NCBI RefSeq assembly: GCF_008831285.2
Contig: NC_045138.2
Location: forward strand, 33,976,001 to 34,040,000
DNA length: 64,000 nucleotides
Origin: Nymphaea colorata
Taxonomy: Eukaryota
Direction of reading: 5' to 3'
Positions 51,729 through 64,000 of the stretch are shown here, piece by piece. The notes below the pieces were generated by a model. It worked only from the letters and a program-made list of their open reading frames with translations. It searched no databases and was not told where the DNA came from. Both the position numbers and the translations under genes were made by a program. Numbering within the stretch: the stretch's first letter is position 1; every line of letters starts with the position of its first letter.

Positions 51729-54459
51729 GTTTATCAATGCAAGAAAAGACAATGTCAAAGAAATGCATTTTGGTTTCTGAGGTGGTCGGACATTTCTCAG
51801 CTGTACGTTTCTTAACATAACTGGTGATGCTATGCTGAAGAATGGATCTGCATCGCCTGTTTCTCGAAGGCAATGAGATTTTGTGTCGTCACTATGCTCT
51901 TTCTAAAAGCCAACATGTTAGCTTATTGGTCTATACAAATTCATATTTGGTATTCAACTTTTTGTCAATTTGTAAAATAAAAGCTGGTAGGTTCTCGGTT
52001 CCTACTTTCTTCTAGACCTCTTTCACACTTTCGTTGCACTGCCAGTTGCGTTTATAAAATGCTGTTATGGAGCTTGTGATGATGTAAGTAGCTCAACATG
52101 GTTAAACTGCAGTCTTCTTTCACCGCCCAGGAATAAGCATTTTCTGATTTTCTCAATTGAGCAACCACCTTCAACCGCTTTCTCTTTGCTGGATCCTTGA
52201 CACGTGTAGTCTGCACTCTGCAATTGCGTGTCTTAGTTCTGGAATAGAGAAAAGGCAAAAGACGTGGCGCTATGTACTGAACTCTTTCAAGTCCTCAACT
52301 GAGACGGCACGCTAACTCATCTAGCCTGGTGGAGTCCACTGTCCACCTATGAGCATTTCTATTGGGAGGAGATGGCGCCATCAAGTGCATCCAATTAACA
52401 AGCTAGAATTCGGCCTCTCGTATTCACTCTTGTCAGCATTCCGTCGTCAATGTACCGATAGCAGTGAAATTGCCAAGTGGTTGATCCTTGTGCGTCATGG
52501 AAAGAAATGATCTGATATCGACTTAACTCCTGTTCATTCTCCAGCGCAGCGAGTCTCTGAAAGGAGAAGTCCGAGCTCTGATTTGGCTTCTGAATCGCTG
52601 ACCCTGCTGTTGTAGAAACAGCTATATGGTATGCCACTGTTCTTAATGCAGTCCTGCACAACAGAACCAAGAGGGTGAAATGTTCAGCAACAATAAACCA
52701 TTGAAGCTGATGAGATTAGACACTGGAGAGCATTCTTGTGACAATTCTTTTCGTTTTTTTCCTTGATTTATTACGAGGGGAAACCACACCCGGGCCGACA
52801 GACAATTAACACTACTCAAACATGCCCCCAATCCAGACCAGCCCTCCGTTCTTGGCAGCTTAGTTCGTATTATATGATGAGACACCAGGGTCCATATGTA
52901 ATATGTTCCACCAGGAATGGTGAAGCGAATCAAGAATACTCGGATCTTTGATCTGAGCGGATGTGCTATCCGAAATTCATTTTCTGAAATTTAGGATTCC
53001 AATCTGCCTTGTGATTTGATTTTATCATGCCAAGGGGGCAATATCAGATGCGGCGGGTATTGGATTTAAAATATGTTTGGTCTAATACCTGGCCCAATTG
53101 CAGCTTTTGCATTGAAAGAGCCTCAACTGGGACACGGTATGTGTCAAGAATAAACTGAAAGTGAATTGTCAAAGCACTTGAACCTTAAAGTCTATAGCCA
53201 AAAAGGAAAAAAAAGGTCCATGCTATGGAAGATCTCTCCATGTCCTGGAATTATGTTGAAAAAAATCCTAACAAGCATAACATTTTTGAAAGAAGGAGAA
53301 CTTGCATGTATTAATAATCACTATTCAACCAATTTGATTGATGAATAGGCACATCTAATTAGCTCTTCTGAAATTTGGATTGCAGCCATGTTTATGAGTT
53401 GGCCGCTTCCGTTTGAATTAGTAGTCTCAATCATTGATCTGACATGAGCAAGCAATTAAGAAAAACGTACAAAGTTTTCGCATTTAACCGTGCTTGTATT
53501 CCATAAACCCTGACAAATATTGTCTCGATAGAGTATTGAGAAAAAAATACAAAGATTGGCATGAAAAAAAAATTGTATATAAATTTTTCTACAACCAGAA
53601 AATATTTCAGCAGTAAGATAGAATACATTTCATGCAGTAATAGAGGATCCCATCTGCATAAATCAGAGGCTCTATCAGACGTGAACGAAGCCTGGATCCT
53701 GTCCTTAGTTGAGTTGTGGCTTCGCTCACAAGGATACACAGAACTTGACCTTGATTCTTAACAGCCTCATGGATCCACTATCGGCTCAGACTAGGCTCAA
53801 ATCTCCATAGTAGGCCAACTAGTGGACACATCAGAATCTATTTTGAGCATTTGCAACCCCGACATGAGGTATTACAATTCACTGCCCTTAGGAACAGATC
53901 ACAGAGTTTCTGACTCCAGAATTAAATGTTGAACTTCACTTTGATAGCAATTGTAATGACACTTCAAAGTTGACCTGAACCCCGTCTTGAATATGACAAA
54001 TATAGTTGCCTGATGCAACTGCATAAACTTTTCAAAAATTTTTCTATTTCATCAATATGATACTACTTTTAGGTTACATGAATTCAGCATTTGGGTCTTA
54101 AAACCAGGACACACTTGAAAGAAGAAGCTGACTAGGCCGTCCAAATCGGTGGTTTCGCATCAGAACTGAAAACAACTTACTGTTCGGCAACTACTAGAGT
54201 TGGATACATACTGCCCATGGGAAAAGAGTATGAAAAGCAACATATTTCTTTAACACCATTCACTACCCGAACCAACTACAGTGAAGGGTCTAGAGAGCAA
54301 ATATTCTTTTTTGCTTTTCTCAAATGGGGCAGAGAAGGGCATCCATTCTTTTGCTTTTCAAAAAAGTAGGTCTTTGCTAAAAAGAGGCCGATAGCTCTCA
54401 AACTGCTCGCTCCTCATCATTTGCAGAGGTCTAGAGCCATTTGGCTAGGTTTGGTGAAG

Positions 54460-56409
54460 ATGGCAGGTGGTCAGGCAGTCGAGGTCCTGATGGAGAGAGT
54501 CAGGGATCCGAAGAAATGGAGGCTCTCTCTAAGGGAAGACGTCTACGAGTCACTGCTCTCTCAAGCTGGTGATGGTGTTGTGCAGAAGATCTTTAGTGGG
54601 TGTTCCATCTTCAGCCCCTTGTTGTTCGGCAAGTTCTTTGATCCCTCGGATGCGTTCCCCCTCTGGGATTTTGAGTCGGAGAGCCTGCTCTCGGGCTTCA
54701 ACCGGGAATCTGGCAGCTTTCTTGGTGTGGACTGGTTTGAAACAGAGACGGACTATGTCCTAAAAGCAGAATTACCAGGTAAATTTACGAACTTCAGTCG
54801 TGAATTGATGGATTGGACTTGATCTTGCCCGAGATAACCAGAATCTTTTGATTTTATTTCTTTGGCTTGAGTACCTGAACAAACGGACAATGATCTTCTG
54901 ATCATTCCGATCAGATATGAATAAACAAATGATACATACGATCGGCTATATTAAGGAGTTCGCAAGCCTGTATTGAAGAAAAAGGCCGGAATTTCTAGCT
55001 ACTGTAAAGATATGAATCAAATCACAATGCTCTATAAAAAAAATAGTTTTTGAAATTATGTTAGTCAGATTAAGATCTGCACAGGTTCGCTCTTCTCAGG
55101 CCTGATCGCCTGAACTTTAGAATCCGCAGAGTAGAGTGAACTCCGCGTTTTGATCGCCAGTAAATCGAACCAAGATAAACGAGCACAGGTTTAGCCCTTT
55201 CTTTCGTAGACAGCCTAAAAAACAAATTGAGCTAAACGACTGTGCTCAGGTGGAAAAAAGAAATTCTTAAGAATCGAGCTCCAATTTTCTTGGTTTAAGA
55301 TGATACAATTCTAGGGATCGGAGTGGACCTATGGCTTTGCAACTAACTCCCATGAAAGATTCAGGATTCATGACTATCCAAAACCAGAGGATTGCAAGCC
55401 TATTTATTTACAGAACCCTCTTAAAAGTAGCTAGTAAAACCCCTTCGAGCATGCCTCTTGGGACCAACGGCAATAATTGCTTTATATTGACCTCGCGATA
55501 TGTCCTATTTTTAGAGTGTGGTGATTATAAACTAAATGAGCTTGTTGGAATTGAACCACGCCAAGCACCTATTTTTGTTTTTGGCTCGTTAAACTTAATA
55601 GATGAGGGAAAATAAACTGTAGTATCACAGGGTCATGGCACGATAGAGATGCATTCTTCAACATGGCTTTGCCAGGTTTTATGTATTTAATATCTTCTGT
55701 GTTCTCTTTGTTGGTAAATAATCCATTATAAGTTACAACCTTCAAATACATAACTTAAATATAAAACAGTTAAAATTGGCTTGATTTTGTTGCACTGTCG
55801 TTGTAAATCCACCAGACAGAGCCACGAAATCAGTGAATCAAACAGGAAGCCCATTCGAAATTCGTAGGGTAGATCAGAATGCATTACGTGTTAGAAATAG
55901 TAAACATTGCTCCTTGGAATTTTCCTTCTTTTCAGCAAGTTTATGCAATAGTAAAGACATTAGTTTTGAGGGATGGGAGTTCGATACCTTGTAGGCCAAC
56001 AATGTCGAACTTCCCTGTTCTCTCCCTTTTTGAGCCGAACGGTAGATTATCATGTTCATATAATGGCTGACCATGTTATCCTGCAACCTATTTTGGATGG
56101 TATAATGATACAACGTTTGTTCATTTGTCCGCATCAGGAGGAAGAACCAACGATCTTCAGATAACTGTAGCAGGGAGGATCGTGGAAATTAGTGGTCAGT
56201 GGAAAAGCAAAGAGAAGTGTGGTAAGGATTGGCGATGCCAGAACTGGTGGGATTGCGGATACGTTCGCCGGCTGGAACCACCCGAAAATTCAGATCCTGG
56301 AAAATTGGAAGCATTTATTGATGAAAATATTCTCGAAATCAAAATACCCAAGATTTTGAATGGTGAATCTTCCTCACCCACTAATGCTGACAGGGCCAGA
56401 GACTCGTAA
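54460..56409 (+). CDS. Small heat shock protein, class VI (HSP21.7-like). Exons 54460-54778 and 56138-56409
   Basis: SIFSPLLFGKFFDPSDAFPLWDFES, VDWFETETDYVLKAELPG, IVEISGQW...DWRCQNWWDCGYVRRLE.PEN...ILEIKIPK (alpha-crystallin domain). Single phase-1 intron. Confidence 0.9.
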
Positions 56410-57737
56410 GCATATTATCTGAAGGAAAAGAACTAATCTCATCCTTAAAAATAAAGAAAAAATGATGTATTTATGTTGATAATATCAAGACAGTATGATG
56501 GTATGTAATGTGTATGGATGGGATCCTATCACTTGATTGACAGAGTTGCTGTCTTAGGCAAGAATTCTTGATTTTAGATGTTAATCGTCTCATCGAACAG
56601 ATCGCCAGGTTAAAAGAAACTGATGAGTATGACTGAAAAAGGAAAGAACATGACATTCCTTAACCCCACCCCACCACCAAAACAAAACAAGTGTGCTGTG
56701 TCTTCTCAAGCTCAATAAATCTTTGCTTTCTTTGAGACATAGTATCTCAGATTTTGAATCGCTGTTTGGAGTTCGTGATCCTACTGCAGGCTTACTTTGT
56801 ATAGAAGATGTGCAAACATGGTTCTGTCAGTCATAGCTGCATGTTACTATCTATGTCTCACCATGGCATTTTTTTCCGATCGAGTTACTTTGTTCAATCG
56901 GTTCCGCACTTGAAGACCACATAAGCTAAATGAACATAACCTTTGCAGAGTAGAAACGTATGTTGCAGAGAAAAACGTGGCTTGGTTTAACCTCTGAAGT
57001 AGCATAGATCGTTTAAGCAAGCAAGAAGACACTTGATTCAGAGCCATACTGAAATAGCATGCATCAATAATTGAATGGACATTACAACCTGGTGCGCGTA
57101 AAGGAAATTAAATAACCAAAAATTCCTCATGAATGCACAAAGAGAAAAGAGTATACATGTTTATTCGATCCTGAATGTATGTTGCATAATGCATTTTATA
57201 CGTCAACATGACTTCCCATGTTTGCTTAGTAAATTTTTCCAAAAATTTACATTTTTAATATAGTGTGTAAAGAAGCAGACTACAAACAGGGCATTAGCAG
57301 GAGAGGCTAAAGGAATATGGCACTAAAAAATTATATTTCATGAAAAGGAAAAGTGAAGCCTCTTCTGCAACTCAATGGGAGATTTTACCTGTAAAAAGTA
57401 GTCCTACTGCCTCTTCAAACTTGATGCTACTGAACTTATCAAATTGAATGATATTCCGCCTGTCGTCCACGTATAAAATGTGCAACTCGAAAGCCTCTAA
57501 TCAGCTCCTTGCATTTCGAGTGGGTCATGTCCATTTCATGTCCCAATCAAACCTTACATACTAGTCGTTTTGATTTTTTCCATACCATGTATATAAATGG
57601 GCAATACGTGACCCCTTAATCACCTCTTTCCTTTTGAATATCTCAACGGCGACCATGCTTCATGTCCCAACGACATCTTTCATACACAACTCATTTTGGT
57701 TGTTTCTTCCTAATAAACTACTCCAAGTGCATCAGCA

Positions 57738-59816
57738 TCACCAGTAATTCGCACAAGAACAATTACCATGTTTGAAATGGTGAAATCGGCTAGCATCTCT
57801 CACAACAATTTCACGTCCAGTGGCTGCAGCTATCAACTTTAAGGCATCGTGGCAGTCCCTACAGATGCGATGGCTCTGTACCACATTCAGCGGAGTGGAA
57901 TCTGGAGTACTTATCAACCCAAAAGAAACAGCTAATTTTTCGCTGTGGAAAGAAACAGGATGTTCCTCCTGCTCTTGTACATCAGGAAGAAGAGACTCAT
58001 TATTAGAAGCATATCCCATTGTTCTTATTTCATTTGTTACGTCTTCCAACTTTTGATATATCTCTTCACTTTGGGGATGAGACTTGTCCCCAAAAACAAA
58101 ACCATGAGATCTTTTGTTTATCTCGATCCAACTGCACGCAGGAAGCAATCTTAAACCCCTTCTTCTCAAGGCCTCCCTAACCATTGCGGCATCCTCAACC
58201 TTGCCAGTTGAACTGTAAATGTTAAGAAGCAGCGCGTAATTATTGAGTTTATTAGGCTCCATCCCGAAAAGCTTCTCTGCTGCAAACTTGCCCAACTCCA
58301 AATTCTTGTGCATCCTGCAAGCTGTCAGCAACGCCGCCCACATATTCTTGGTCGGTTTAAAAGGTGCATCTCTTATCAAAGCAAATGCCTCGTCCAGATG
58401 GCCTTCCCGACCTAACAGCTCAATCATGCACGCATAATGCATGGCTCTCGGTTTAAGCTTAAAATCTCGAGTCATTGACTCAAAATAGTGCCAACCCTGT
58501 TCCCATAAACCAGAGTAGCTGCAGGCAGATAGCACAGCAAGAAAAGTTACATGGTTAGGCCGCATTCCATTGCTAAGCATCAGCTCAAACAACTCAACTG
58601 CTTCACCTCCGCGCCCATGGTTACCATATCCAGCGATCAAGGCATTCCACGAGATTATACTTTTTGATACCATATTGTCGAAAACATGTCTCGCATCCTC
58701 AAGCCTTCCCCACTTGCTGTAGAAATCTACAAGTGCAGTGTTCGCAACGATATCTAACCCATACCCGTTTCGAATAAGACCAGCATGAGCTTGCTTGGCA
58801 TGTTCATGAGAAGCCAATCGAACGCAAAGTCTAACGACCATGGAGTATGTAAAGTGATCCATTTTCACACCCAGATGTTGCATCTCATAATACAAATCCA
58901 TCGCTTTCTCACTGTACCCATGAAGTGCATAAGCAGCTATAATAGAGTTCCATCCCACCACAGTCTTCTTAGGCATTTCATCAAACACCAGCTGCGCGTC
59001 CTTAATACTTCCACATTTACCATACATGTCAATCAGTGCACAGTCTATGAAAATGTCTCTATTCATTTTCATCTTCAGCAAGCAGCAATGGAACTGTTTG
59101 CCAATAGAAATATTTGCCAACCCTGCACAAGCGCGAAGAACAGATGCAAATGTCCGTGGACTTGCATCCGAGACCTCCTCCCACAACTGTAAGAACAAAA
59201 TTAAAGCCTCCTCGTATTCACCCGAATCAACGAATCCCGTAATCATCATGTTGAACGATATCAAATCCTTATTCGGCATTTGTTCGAACAACTGGCGAGC
59301 CCCGGCCATGGCCGCGGACCTGACGTATACAAGAAGCACCCGATTCACCAAGTACCGATCTGGCTGAAACCCATTTTTCACCATGTGTTGCTGAATTCTT
59401 TTCACTGCTCTAATGGACTTCAACTCCAGACAAGCATTAACAAGTGACTCATATGTACTTCCCTGCACAACTTCGCTACCAATCTCAAGGATCTCAAACC
59501 ATTCCAACGCTTCGCTATATCTGCCCAATGAAACAAGCCTATCAATCTTATCACAAACACTCAAACTCGACTCTTTAATACTGCTTTCCCTTGAGCTCGT
59601 TTCTACATCAAAAGTTTCCTGAATCCTTCTGGGCGTCGGCTTAGGCTGGAGAGCTCTATCAAGAGAGAAACAGACGGCGGGCTTTCTTCTCTTTGTGGGA
59701 AAAGATTCAAGCCAAGAGGAGGTCAGCTTCCAGTCTATACAAAGTTGAGGGTCTAAACTCAAAGAGAGAGATGCAGCTTGACTCTGGATGCTCATGCTGT
59801 GAACTTGTGCCAACAT
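57738..59816 (-). CDS. PLS-class pentatricopeptide repeat protein with E/DYW domain, resembling At5g50390; probably organelle-targeted
   Basis: Intronless 692-aa ORF with PLS PPR motifs, PACSWIE, HSEKLAVSFGLI, CRDCH, RDASRFHHF..G.CSC and terminal NYW. Confidence 0.95.
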   Translation of the reverse strand: MLAQVHSMSIQSQAASLSLSLDPQLCIDWKLTSSWLESFPTKRRKPAVCFSLDRALQPKPTPRRIQETFDVETSSRESSIKESSLSVCDKIDRLVSLGRYSEALEWFEILEIGSEVVQGSTYESLVNACLELKSIRAVKRIQQHMVKNGFQPDRYLVNRVLLVYVRSAAMAGARQLFEQMPNKDLISFNMMITGFVDSGEYEEALILFLQLWEEVSDASPRTFASVLRACAGLANISIGKQFHCCLLKMKMNRDIFIDCALIDMYGKCGSIKDAQLVFDEMPKKTVVGWNSIIAAYALHGYSEKAMDLYYEMQHLGVKMDHFTYSMVVRLCVRLASHEHAKQAHAGLIRNGYGLDIVANTALVDFYSKWGRLEDARHVFDNMVSKSIISWNALIAGYGNHGRGGEAVELFELMLSNGMRPNHVTFLAVLSACSYSGLWEQGWHYFESMTRDFKLKPRAMHYACMIELLGREGHLDEAFALIRDAPFKPTKNMWAALLTACRMHKNLELGKFAAEKLFGMEPNKLNNYALLLNIYSSTGKVEDAAMVREALRRRGLRLLPACSWIEINKRSHGFVFGDKSHPQSEEIYQKLEDVTNEIRTMGYASNNESLLPDVQEQEEHPVSFHSEKLAVSFGLISTPDSTPLNVVQSHRICRDCHDALKLIAAATGREIVVRDASRFHHFKHGNCSCANYW

Positions 59817-62110
59817 GTCGTGCTATGAATGGATTCAACTCAGATAGAAGGGTTCTGCAGAAGGAAGAGGCGACGGGTATCTTGGAGGCTGAGACTGAGG
59901 CCGTCGGGAAGATCGACAATCGATAATTTCATTGAAAACCATCCATGGGAACTCAAAAGAGGACTTTGGAGGTTCCGCAGAGAGAGAGAGAAAGAGAGAG
60001 AGAGAACCTTGGAATCTCCGTCGGAGGATCAGCACCGGAAGTATCGCCGAAGGACTCTTGGCCGATAGGTTAGTTGGCCTGACTCTTTTAGCCGCTTGAA
60101 GTTCGTGATTTTTTATGGTAATTCCTCTTTGCTTCAGTCAGAGATATTTTGCACGCTTTGCTTGAGCCTTTGGGATCTAAAGTGGCAGCGAAAATCATAT
60201 TTTGCCATACGCATTACTAAGTCCAATCTAACAATGTGAGATTGAATTGGATCTAAACACATACTAGAAAAAACACTGAAAATCAGGTCCTACCAACTTT
60301 AAATTTCATATTTATAGGTAATCCAGGTTCAAGTTGAGCTGGATCCAGACTGAAATTGGGGGACAAAACTTGCTATTATACCTAAACCTGATTACGATCC
60401 AATTGCAGTCGCTGAATAGATTCAGATTCGCGACAGAATATCATGATGCGTATTAGTCATCTGTGAGATCAGTGGCGCGAAATCGTATGTTCCTTTTCCT
60501 GCTAGCTAGTAAATCTGGCATTCGTCTAATGACAAGTGGGCGGGCGTGAGGTAAGTACTTTGTCAAGCGTAAACTTGAACCGAAACTTATGCATTCACAG
60601 GGTAAATGCTTTGACAAGTTATTTGCGATCACTCTGCCGCATAATGCAGTCAAATATATATTATTTATTGGAGGTCATAGAGATTTCCACAATTTTGGCT
60701 TTAATTTGGAAGAATGTATAAGCAATGTAGCGTCAGTGAAAGTAAAAAAATGTGAAATGTCCACCCAGGGTCGGGAAACCGAGGAGCAGGTTGTAAGGGG
60801 AGAGTTCTAAAGGGCGTTGAGACGAAGAAACTGAAACAAATCATGAACACTGCTGTTGTGCACTGGAAGTTTTCTCATGGTCTTGTCCCTATAAGAGGGG
60901 TTGGTATTAAATGGGAAAAGACCACCCAGGTTTTACTTTTTAGGCGGGAAACCGAGCTGAACTGGTTTAACCAGGCATACTTACTGTTGCCTTCTCAACA
61001 GTGTACTTTGAGCTGAAGGCCTTTCGAAGGTAAAATGAGTTTCATCACTCAAGTTAATGGGTTGTCGTTGTATGTTCTTAAAAGCAACTTTATAGAAGGC
61101 GAAATAGGTGGTTCGCCAAATGAACAGGAAAGCTGAACACAATTCTAATATCCAGCCAAACTGAATCTGCTTCGTGAAGAGGTTAAACTGGATCCAATTT
61201 CATTGAAAAATTCACCTAATATTCTCAAAGCCGCACCAGTCACCTTCGCTTCTTGAGAATCCAAGTGGCCACTGATCTGTTCAGTTTTATAAGTTTCTCA
61301 ATTCCTAATTAAATTCTTCCTATTTCTGAGAGGAGGTGGTTTTCCTTTTGTGGGTATAAAAGAATTAACTGTTTTAAAACTTTTTTCTTAAGAATTCTGA
61401 AGACTGTTATCATGCAATAGGGTTCCTCTTTTACAGAAGATTTCTGCCACTCCACCTGTGGATCTTGTCCTAAGGCTGATACGTTGGTCTATAACTTGGT
61501 ACCAAATCAATTCATTTAGCTTAACATGTTGAGCCACATTTATCGTATGACATGCTATGTTCCCCTGTGTCTAGAGTCTCTATCTGCATTTATTTCCCTT
61601 AAATGAGAAACCTTGAGGGAATGTACTACACATCTAAGTGGCATAAACGTTCGATATCATGACCAACTTTCATGGGGCACTTTGGTTGCCAGTCCTATCC
61701 CAAAATTTTCAGCTTTGAGGTAATATATTGTGAGTTCAAGATATTTATGGCCGTGCTTTAGTTTTATAAGAGATGTATTTGGTGGAGACCAATCACATTC
61801 TTGCAAAGGGAACAAATTCGTGGCATATATGTCCTGTTTACTAGTGTAAGGATAGAATAGAACTTGATATGAGCTACCTGTTGGTGCTGAATGTACATGG
61901 AAATTCGAATGTGGGATTCATGGTCCACGGATTGATCCTTCCATGCATGCCATTTTACTCTCTTGGCTGCAGCTAGGGTCAAACTTTATCTGTAGAATAA
62001 TCTTCATTGCTAACTGAAAGTCCCAAAAGGTACACTTCAATTGAATGATGAACTTTGAATTTTGGGATGGCAAATAGCAGAATGTGTTACAAAAAACAAA
62101 GTTGATAGGT

Positions 62111-63253
62111 CTAGCTAATTTTTGCTAGAACATCATTGAGTGCAGCAACAGTCGCCTCATAGTATTTCTCTGCCTCTGGGGTGCTCTTTATCTTGGCTGC
62201 ATGATCCAACTGACCAATCAACAGATAAGCAGATGTATCAGTAGAATTTAGGCTATAATATCACATATAATGCACTACATAGCCACTCTTTTAAGCTGCA
62301 CAAAGGGCTCGTGATAGAATGAAATGTATGCTGTAACAAAGAAGCCAGTTAGCCACCGATAGTTAAGCTGTTAATCGTTTTCCTGCAAGCAAAGCCTAGG
62401 AACAGGGTGTCTTCTTTAATCCCCATTCAAGCTCCTCATTTGCTGAGACAGATGTTGGGTTGGGGCTTGCCACAAATGAAATTATGATTTGCATATTTGC
62501 AAGGATATTGTCTATGCCATGATAAGCTCTGTTCATTATACTAATCTTTGCTGCATAAACATTGAATGGAAGAAACTTGTTTAAGTAATGGAAAGTATCT
62601 ACAAAATCTATTATCTATCAGAAGATTAAGAAGGGTCATCAACCTATTAAAATTCCATTATAGCTTCAAAATTATTGATATTCTAAACTAATTTCGAAAA
62701 CACATATAGGATGAGAAGGGCCATGAACAGTATGACTATACAAACCCGCACCACAGCATCAAGATAAAAAGTTACAAACCAGAAAAAACAGAATTTTAGG
62801 GAAAGCTACTGACCAACTGAAGCTGCTTAAACATCATACCTAGCTAATTATACGTATATACAGCACCTCACTACGGCATCTTTTCAAAGAAAGCTTTTGT
62901 TAGGAGATGATACTGTAACTACAAGTAAAGGAAATTGGAACAGAAAGATGAGTTTACTTGGTCAATTGTTGCAAAGAGCTTTCCGGTGAGTTCTTTGAGG
63001 GACTTCTTCTCGTCCTTCGGCTTTGCAGAGATGATACTGTCGAGATCATAGCGGAGGTATGAGGCCTTGAGCCGGAGGTCATTCTTCACATAAAACCAGG
63101 CTTTCTTTTCGATCAAACTCTTGACTCCGACAATGTCCTTGGCTGATTCCTTTGCTCTCTTTGCAGCCTCTTCCGGAGAAAGTGGCTGGAGATAGAACCG
63201 GTTCTTGTAGGGCAACTTCAGGTCTCTTGGTTGGTCAGAGTTTAGGGTCCCAG
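62111..63253 (-). CDS. psbQ: Oxygen-evolving enhancer protein 3 (PsbQ), last two exons 63253-62958 and 62209-62111; 5'-partial
   Basis: [24 protein letters not shown]...[20 protein letters not shown]...[32 protein letters not shown]. Confidence 0.95.
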
Positions 63254-64000
63254 CTGCATAATTGCAAAAGTGACGGTTAATTTTTCTTGCTTCAACGTAC
63301 TTTTGATTCATACCGTGTAGGAGAATTCTTCAGTCTCTCCTAGTAGTAGTTTCATCACTGATGAACTTATTTTTCAACGTTCATTTCTTGCACAAGATAC
63401 TTTCTTAGGTACCGTTTGTATTGGCATCGAAGGTGGATTATTTCGTACAAAGATGTGGGGAATGTGGCAGTATATGCTTGACTGAATCGGTGCAACTTTG
63501 TCTGTTCAGTTTTCAAATTAAACAAGAAGTTTCAGAATTGAAAGGGAATAGACGGAGTTTTAGAAAATACAAGAGATCAAGATTAAAATTGGTTCTGTAT
63601 TCATAGAGCCAAATATACTGGTGGTAACTGTCTTAAACCTGCAAAATTAAATAAATGTACTGGTTTAGAAGAATTAGTTGGTCTGAAAACTTAAATTGAA
63701 TATAAATATTAGAAATAATTTTCTGCAAACTACTAAGAATGAAGAATGATATCTTTACTATGAGGATGCTGCACTTTCTGAGCAATGCATTCACTACTTC
63801 ATGAGTTTGCTTTTTCGTGTAGTTTAAGATGATGCTTGCATGTTACAATAATCTGTGAAGTGCTTTTAGATTAATAGAAGAAATACGAGTCTCCAGGGGA
63901 AGGGATATACAGAGTCACGTGACTCTGGTTACATACGAAATCTTTTACATGGTAGGAAAGAAACATGAAACAAAATCCCGTCGATAATCAAGTTCAATTT

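Noticed and set aside
57820..59622. Plus-strand ORFs overlapping the PPR gene
   Set aside because: Antisense shadows of a long coding sequence with no recognisable domains.

Overview
This is eukaryotic flowering-plant genomic DNA: AT-rich, spliceosomal GT-AG introns, a PPR-DYW gene and PsbQ. The species cannot be determined from the sequence alone. Ordinary intron-containing genes lie on both flanks. Left: a class I formin (minus, 3' end runs off the window) and V-ATPase subunit G (minus). Right: an IFRD-family gene (plus), a Yae1-domain gene (plus), a class VI small heat-shock protein (plus), a PLS/DYW PPR gene (minus) and the 3' half of PsbQ (minus). Between about 15 and 40.5 kb is a gene-poor, rearranged accessory block. 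It holds (1) a recent ~4.6 kb direct duplication (17.9-22.5 kb and 28.6-33.2 kb) that looks like a spliced non-coding unit, with a chain of hairpins and a 5-unit array of a conserved 34-nt repeat; (2) several CHR27/28-like SNF2 helicase exon fragments in both orientations; (3) a 5'-truncated CRK-type receptor kinase; and (4) a ~1 kb near-perfect inverted repeat. No prokaryotic-type system is supported. The most interesting signals are the potential hairpin/siRNA-producing structures and the repeat array. Exon coordinates were read by eye and may be off by a few bases.
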